From NCBI RefSeq assembly GCF_009914755.1, contig NC_060927.1: 64,000 bases of DNA. The stretch is one strand, 5' to 3'. Under the pieces are notes generated by a model. That model was not told the origin of the DNA, ran no database searches, and was given only the letters and a program-made list of their open reading frames with translations. Each line of letters begins with the position of its first letter. Positions within the stretch are counted from its first letter, which is position 1. Both the position numbers and the translations under genes were made by a program. Source of the DNA: the human T2T-CHM13v2.0 reference genome, Homo sapiens. Of this stretch, positions 55,527 to 64,000 are shown piece after piece.

Positions 55527-57627
55527 TCAGCCTGATTGCTACAGAATCTGACATTTTCAGCCTCGTCATTTGCTACTTTCCAGTTCTCATGCTCCCCACC
55601 ATCTACTGTCACTCTCCTTAGCTTCTCACTGTCCCCAAACATATCATGCCCTCTCCTGCTCCCACATCTTTGCCCCCACCATTCTGCCTGCCAGGAATGC
55701 CCTTGCCCACCTATCCCTTAATAGCCAGCGACTCAATGACATTACTGTATCTGGGAAGTCCTTCCTGACACCCGTGGCTGGGATGGATGACCCTCCTCTG
55801 TGGTTCCAGCTCCTCCTTCACAGCACTGACCACCAAGGGACCTGTCTGTCCCCCACTGACCTGTGAGATCTTTCAGGAGGAAAAGAGGGAATTATGTCCC
55901 TGGCACTCAGGAAGGATGCTGCTCACGGCTTTCATGGGTTTATCATGTCCTGAAACAGTCTCCAAAGTTATGCCTGTCTATATGAATATGTGTGGCAGAG
56001 TGAGTTTGTTAAAAGTACAGGCTTTGGAGTTAAACAGACCTAGGTGTGAGTTCAACTAGCTAAGTCTGACTACTACACTAACGAGCTACAGCACCTCTAG
56101 GTGCTAACAACCTTTCTGTGTCTCAATCCACCTACCTGCAAAGTAGAGATGGTAAACCTGACTTACCAGGGCGTGATGAAGATTAGATAAGATATGTTAA
56201 CTACTTAACTTTGTGCCTGGCACGTAGCAAATTATTCATACATGCCAGCTCTTGGGATTATTACTTTATTGGTTTGCATTTAATTTTTGTTGGGGGAAGA
56301 GTTTTGAGCTTTTGCCAAATTCTCCAATGGGTCTATGATCCAGGAAGGTCAAGAACCACTGGTTTGGAGAGTAAAAGGAGCCCCCAGTGGGTCTGCTGGC
56401 TGTGATGAGTACACTGCCATGAGTGCTCACATAGCGGCTTTGTGGCGTCCACTGGGGGGTACCGCGTAAGTGTTCCTCTGTGGGTCAGGGTGTGATCTTG
56501 CCCGTGATGAATTCCCCCTCCCAAGCCCCTGGGTCCCTGTGACCTCCAGGGCTCTCCAAATACCTCATTAGCACTGGCTGAGAGCACAGCTAGGAAGTGG
56601 GGCTGCTGTTGCCTCTGCAGAGAACATCCCTCATTACAGCAGAGAGAAGCAGCAGCTCTGACAGGGGCTGGGCAGGGGCAGGGCCCCTTTGTGTCTAGGC
56701 CTGATGACTCAGGGAACATTGCACTTCTGAGGACATCATTGTCAGCACAAAGCTGCGGCTCTGATGACAGAGCCCAGGCTCCTCTGGACTGGCACTGTCC
56801 TGCCTCCCCCAGCCCCCTTGATTGCTCAGCCCCCTTTCCTATGACTGCACCAGCGTTAAAGCTGCATCCGTAATAAACTGTCCTTTTACTCACTGGTCCT
56901 CCCAGTGGCCAAGAGAGGGTAGACTGTGATCCCTGTCAGAACCCTGAGGCCCCAATAGACTGGGCAGAGCCAGGTTTGGGATTCAGGTCCCCCTGCTCCA
57001 AGCTCTTGCGGAGTGGCGGGCAGAAGTGCACACTTAGTATCAGGCAAACCAGGGTGGGTCCTGGCCGTGCCACTCTCAAGCCATGGTGTTGGGCCAGCCG
57101 TTTCTATTTTCTGAGCTCCAGTTTCTTCATCTGTAGGAAGCAGATAAATAGTCACAACTGAACCCCCTCCTCCCCTGCCTTGCAGAGAAATCGTTCTAAA
57201 AGTCAAACCTGATTATGTCGCCCTCCTGCTCACAGCCCTCAGCAACACTCCCTGGCCCTCAGGATGAAGGTCAAGTTTCTCGGCCTGCCATTCAAGGCAC
57301 TTTGTAATCTGGATGCTGCCCATTGCCCTGGCCACAGCCCCTACCGCACATTCCAACCAGTCACAAATCAAACCGCTTCTCTCCTCAGCCCACTCAATTC
57401 TGTTTCCTTTACCAGGAATTCTTTCTGCCTGTCTTTTAAAATCACCAGGAGAATCCCTGCTTCAAGCTCAATGCAGGTACTTCCTCCTCCAGGAAGCCTT
57501 CCGTGACCTCCTACTCCCTCTTTCCACATTGCCTCAGGTGCCTCCTCCTGGCTTCCACCTCCCAGAGCTGAGTGGACTTTGTGCTAGAATCCTGGCATTA
57601 GAAAGAGCCTTAAAAGTTCATTGAAAG

Positions 57628-57802
57628 CAGTGCATCTCCAAGTGTGGCCCAGCAACATCTGCAAACTTGTGAGAAACGTACATTCTTGGGTCCCACCCCC
57701 AGAACTACTGAATCAGAAACTCTGGGAGTGGGACACAGCAATCTGTGTTGTAACAAAGCCCTCCAGGGAATTCTGATGCCCAAATTTCAGAACCACTGGT
57801 CT
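57628..57802. mobile_element. MER5A-like hAT MITE
   Basis: cccagaactactgaatcagaaactctggg...aatctgtgttgtaacaa.gccctccagg..attctgatgc...agaaccactg. Confidence 0.8.
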
Positions 57803-59981
57803 AATGCGGTCTTTTGCAACCATGCTGGAGTTCTGCATTTGTGGTGCCCCCAAGAAATCGACTACCACATGGTCTGGGCTCCTGCATCTGCTACAGGAGA
57901 AAGAGGCCCCAGCTGGGCTATTGGTGCCCCTGTGTGCCCAGCCACCCTCCTTCCAGGGGCCTCTAGCTAACAGAGTTGTTACAGAGGAGAGTTCTCTCCA
58001 TCACATCCCATTCTCCCCCTTCCTACAGACACATGGCCAATTTTAAATCGTAACTTTCTTTTATTGGCAAAGAAGAAATTTTGGCACCTGTTTCATATAT
58101 TTCTCATCAGCTTCTCTTCATCCCAATCTTGCCAGGCTGGGGCCTGCTGTGCTTAAGAATCGAAATACTGGTCATCTGCCTTTTAAGGAAAATGCTGTAA
58201 ATTTCATGGGGCTCATCTCAGACGCACCAAATGTTACCTGGAAAAATACATCTTTTCTCCTCTTCTCCTGCTCAGCAACCTGCCAGTGTGGTTCAGAGGG
58301 TTGTAGTTGTAAAGGTCTCAGTAGTTCAAATGGTTTCTGAACCAAGTTCTCTTTCCATTAGAAGAGTCCAGGTTCCCTCAATTCCCCTTTTGCCACTTTA
58401 GGAATTGCTAACCTGTCATACTTGGAAGTTCTTCTTGGTGTCTAATATAACTCTTTCTTGCTATTGCTGGCTCCAAACCAGCCTGTCACATATAGAGGAA
58501 AAGTATTTTTATCTCTGTTTTTCGGATCTGGAAACTAGCAAAGGACATGGCACACAGTAGGCACTCGATGTTAGTTTAGAAAATAAGTGAATGAATGAAT
58601 GGGGAGATTAATAATAACAAGTGCTGCTGATGAAAATGAACATTTAGGCTGAGGTGAGGGAATGGTTTGAGCCCAGGAGGTCAAGGCTGCAGTGAGCTAT
58701 GATCACGCCACTGCACTCCAGCCTGGGTGATAGAGCAAGACCCTGTATCTAAAAACTTTTTAAAAAAGTGAACATTTACTCTGAGGATTATGTTAAGTGT
58801 CTCAGATATGTTCAAACACCCAACAACCTTATGAGGTAGATACTATTTTATCCCTGTTTTACATAGGGGAAAACTGAAGCTCAGAGACATTAAGCAATTT
58901 GCCTAAGGACACACAGCAGTGTCATGACATAACTAGTAATTGAACCCAGCTGAACTAATTATATAATTGAAAGATCACTTCCTAGATTATCCCTTGAGTG
59001 TTAATTATCTGAGGGGCACAGCTGTCGTAGGAAGCCTCTATCTAGCTCCTGGAGGTTCAGTGTGAGTGAGGGCCAGGCAGAGACAAATGAGCCCCACACT
59101 TTTCCTTTGATGAAAAGCTCCTGAAGACAGCTGGAGAGGAGGAGGAGGAGGCGGACAGAAGCTGGGCACACCAGAGGAGACAGAGATGTGGCGTCAAAGG
59201 CAACAAGTGCTGACAGGTCTGTGAGTAAGAGGCCCCTTCTCTGTCACTGGGCTGGGGTTTCTATTAGAGCAAAGCTTCAAAACCAATGACAAGCCAGCAA
59301 AAGACAGTGCTAGCCTGCTCCTGCTGCCAAAACACGCATTTTCTTAACACCCCTCTTTCCTTCTTTTTTTAACCCTTAAGCTTATCATCATTTTTAATAT
59401 TTTAAATTTACTCAGGTAATAAATACATTATCACCTTAAAACATATATAATATACAGATATGTAGAGCCAAAATTAGAGCTTCCTTGTATAACTCCCCAC
59501 CTCCCAGCTCGAAGATGTTGCCACAGTTCACAGTTGAAGTTGGTTAGCCTGCTTTCTCTAGAAATGGGGCTCAGGGCAAGGATGAATGTGTGGCTGCTTC
59601 CTTTGGGTGGTGCAAGCCCAGAGATGAGCCCAGGATGATCACAGGCCGAGAAAGGGAGCAGGGAGGCCATGGGAAGGGTGGTACCATGAGGCCATCACTC
59701 CACAATCACCCTCGTGGCTGCTCTGGAGGTACACCCACCTTACACAGAACACCTCCAGGAGGACTGCAAGGAGAAATCCAGTCTCAGATAGTCCAGAGAA
59801 AGATGGAAGGAGAGGGGGTTTATCTACCTGGATCCCTCCTGTCTCCTGGGTCTCATTAGTCAACCTTGGTTCTGTGGCCAATGAACGATAAATTCTTTTG
59901 TACTTCTGGCATCATTTGGTCATTTTGGGGGCTCTGAGGTCTTTCCATCCCACACCCTGTGGGGTGTGTTTCAAATACGGA

Positions 59982-60511
59982 TGTAAGTCTTATTATTACT
60001 CAAGTACAGTGAGACCAACAGCTCAGGAGACGACTGCCACAGAAAAGAGTTTGTTACTCACAGGTCCCAAGAGGAGGGGGCATGCCATGCCAGGAAGAGC
60101 CACAAGGAGAGGCATGAGGGTCAATCAGGAGGCAGAGGGTGTGAGGGGCAAATGGGGCAAGATCCTTTACTTTAGTTTCCAGGTGAGGCAGGGTAAACAG
60201 GCTTAGGATTGGCTAGATTGAATAATTTCAGCAGGCTTTGGGGCATAGCGGCTGACCCTAGATGCTTGGTACCTGGCCCTGGAGTGATTAGGGCAGGAGA
60301 ATAGTGGCCTGGAGTGAAAGAGCCCAGAGATAAAGGGGGTGGTGCGGGTGGGGGCTGTGCATTGATTAGTTTGCATGTTAAATGCACACTTACAGGCCAG
60401 TCCTTTACTATCTCTTGGCCATCCCTGGGAGGAGCAATCCCTCCAGGGTTACCAAGACCCCAGATGTCAAAGCATCAGAAACATAGAAGATAGAAAGGTA
60501 TCATTAATACA
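59982..60511 (-). mobile_element. ERVL-class solo LTR (MER74-like)
   Basis: Same family and orientation as 34912-35411 (shared cagatgtcaaagcatcagaa...aataca end). Confidence 0.7.
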
Positions 60512-61224
60512 GGGAAGAACCAGAAACTCTGGGCATGAGCTGGTGGATCTAGCTGCACTGTGGTGGCCAAGGGGGAGGGTCCTGCACACCCAGCAGGGAC
60601 AATGTCCTCTGCCTATTGCGACTTCTTTGACCCAGCTCCTCCTACTCTCCCCTCATTCACACCATCCTCCTTAGCCTCCTTGCTGTTTCTGGAACATGCC
60701 AGGCAACAGGGACCAGGGCTGTAACTTTCCAGATCATTTTCTCTACATTTGTACACAGCCACATGCACATATATTTGCACACTATTGTCTCAAGACTTTT
60801 CTGATACCACCGCACATCTTAGAGCTGTCCTCATGTCAGTCGTTAGATATTTCCCTTGTTCTTTTTAATCACTATAATGGTTGACGCATGGGTGCATCAA
60901 AAGTCACTTATGCACACCCCTATGGATGGATATTTAGGTTATTTTCAGCACTTCCTGATTATAAACAACGCCATCATAAGCAGTCTTGCTCCTGTCTTTG
61001 TATAGACATGCGAGTTTCTGTGGGATAGAACACCTACAAGCAAAATTGCTAGGACAATGGGCATGGGTAGTTAACATTTTCACAAATACTGCCAACTGCT
61101 CCATAGAAAGCCGCTCCCAATTTATACACCCACCCATAGTGAGTGAGGTTTCAGAGAACTCATTGCTCCACACCATTTCCAACAACAGCTATTTTCAGTG
61201 ATTAATCTTTTTGAAATCAATCTA

Positions 61225-62235
<1,011 letters not shown>

Positions 62236-62319
62236 ATGAAATCAGCCTATTTCTGGTAGCCACTCTATTTGATTCCAAAAATGGCTTGAAGCAGTTTTTA
62301 CTCAAAAAAAATACCTGAA

Positions 62320-62814
62320 GTTCCTCTTTTGCAAGGATCTGCCAACATAGGCCATGTCTGCCCTCAAACCATGAAGAAGGCATCCTGGTCATCACCAAGA
62401 AGTACTACATTCACCTGGGCAGCAACTTCCACACACACACAAGCATGAGTGCAAGGAGATCACCATCATTCCTGGCAGGAAGCTCTGCAGCCAGACAGCA
62501 GGCTATGCTATGTACCCGATGAAGCAGATTCAAGAGGCCCAGGGAGAGCCAGCTCCATGAGTTTGCTGGAGGAGGGAGAAAGAAGAGAGAATTCTGTTTG
62601 TGAGGTCTCAGCCTGGGTGGAGAGATCACTGAAGCAGATCCTGACACTAAGGACATGCTGAAGCTTCTGGGCTTCAGCAGTCTATCCAACCTGCAGGTCA
62701 CTCAGCCTGCAGTTGGGATGAATTTCAAAACGCCTCATGGAGCTGTTTGAATATTTCTATTCTGGCATAATTAAAATTTCCAATAAACCTGGGACAACAG
62801 GAAAAAAAAAAAAA
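62320..62814 (+). pseudogene. Processed pseudogene of ribosomal protein S17 (RPS17)
   Basis: 5' TOP-like TTCCTCTTTT; gccaac-ATA (mutated ATG, 62347); degenerate frameshifted match to RPS17 (KK..VI..KYY.. LG.NFH; [40 protein letters not shown] 62748-62750); no introns; AATAAA 62782; poly(A) 62802-62814. Confidence 0.93.
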
Positions 62815-63040
62815 GGAAGCAGTCTAGAATTGAGATTAAATCGTTTGGACTCTACAATCAGACTACTTGGGCTCAAATTACCTTCCTATGAAAGTGTATC
62901 TCATTTATCTCCATTTTATAGATGAGAAAACTGAGGCCCCTGGAGTTGTATTAATTTTCCAAGACCGCATTGCTCATAAAGGGTACAGCAGGGACCCAAG
63001 CTCGACACTCTCACCCTCAAACATTTCCACAAGTGTAGAC

Positions 63041-63275
63041 CAATGGCTCTCAACTGGGGTGGTTTTGCTCACGTACCACTCCCTTGCCCCACAGCATTTG
63101 AAAGCATCTGGAGACATCTGGGGTAGCCATAGCTGGGAGGGTAGAATGGCACCTAGAGGATGGAGACCAGAGATGCTGCTAACCATCCTACAATACACAG
63201 GACGCCCCCCGCTCACCACCACCACGAATGGTCTGACCCCAAGTGTTGTGACTGTGCCAAAGCTGAGAAACCCAA
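63041..63275 (+). mobile_element. MER20 (hAT-Charlie)
   Basis: caatggctctcaactgggg...tctggagacat...gatgctgctaaccatcctacaat.cacaggac...gctgagaaaccc. Confidence 0.85.
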
Positions 63276-64000
63276 GTTTCTCCTCAGCAAGAAGGGAAAA
63301 TACCTGCAACGTGGATGCACCTCTACAGGAGCCCCAGGCTGACAATAACCTTCCTGATCTGGTTTCAACCCTGGATGCTTTTACCTGGTGCGTCCATCAG
63401 GGATTTCAGGGACTCCAAAGAGTTATTACCCTTGAATGCTCGGTTCCGCCTGACAACCCAGAAATCTCTGCCAAGGTGCCTGGTCTTGAGGAAGGCTCAG
63501 CAAGTGGTTGAGGTTGATAACCAAATACCTAGGAGAGACTTTTCTCTCCCTCCAGGAGGAGCTGTGGGTCAGACACACCCTGGGATCATTCACAAGCGGT
63601 CAATAAAGGTTTGGGGAGGGCCAGGTTTTCTAGGCCTTCTCAATGGGGTGGGTGTTTGTGGATACACAAGAAGCCTGTGAAACTTCTGATATTGGCAGGA
63701 AATCAATGCCCCCCACCCTCCACCCTCCACCCCCCCAACCTCCCCACCATAAACACATGCCCTGCAGCAGGACTTGGCACTCAGGGGCTCCTGGGGGCCC
63801 GATTTACCTGCTAAAACATCCTCTAGCCACCACCGAATAAAGCCACCCCTTGCCACCCAACCACAAGAGCACAGCCTGGGAGCCACTCCAAGGGACATCC
63901 AGTCACATTAAAACCTCAGCCATCCAGAGCACCAGGCCTGGTGATGAGAAAGAACATTTTATCCTTAAAAGCATCTGAATGCCCATGCTGCTTCTTGCAG

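Noticed and set aside
62867-63511. 214-aa ORF
   Set aside because: Non-ATG start; runs through MIR and MER20 relics; no recognisable protein.

Overview
Human (or very close hominoid) genomic DNA containing one protein-coding gene, TRH (prepro-thyrotropin-releasing hormone, + strand). It has three exons (non-coding exon 1 ~38521-38624, coding 39618-39828 and 40500-41017, 242 aa, six KR-QHPG-KR/RR cassettes, poly(A) signal 41715). The CpG-island promoter carries the known STAT, GC-box, CRE-2, site-4 and TATA elements. An intronless, disabled RPS17 processed pseudogene lies at ~62320-62814. The rest is mostly Alu, MIR, L1, L2, LTR and hAT relics plus microsatellites; repeat subfamily names are from visual recognition and need RepeatMasker confirmation. 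Nearly all other ORFs in the track are repeat or GC artefacts. I found no convincing new biological system. The most unusual items are: (1) a degenerate 20-bp-period AT-rich array in TRH intron 1; (2) a 50-54 kb block with several template-switch scars (189-bp inverted templated insertion with fold-back junction, partial MSTB duplicate, fold-back inside an Alu); (3) an in-frame tandem splice donor in TRH exon 2; (4) homeobox-motif-dense unique segments that may be TRH enhancers.
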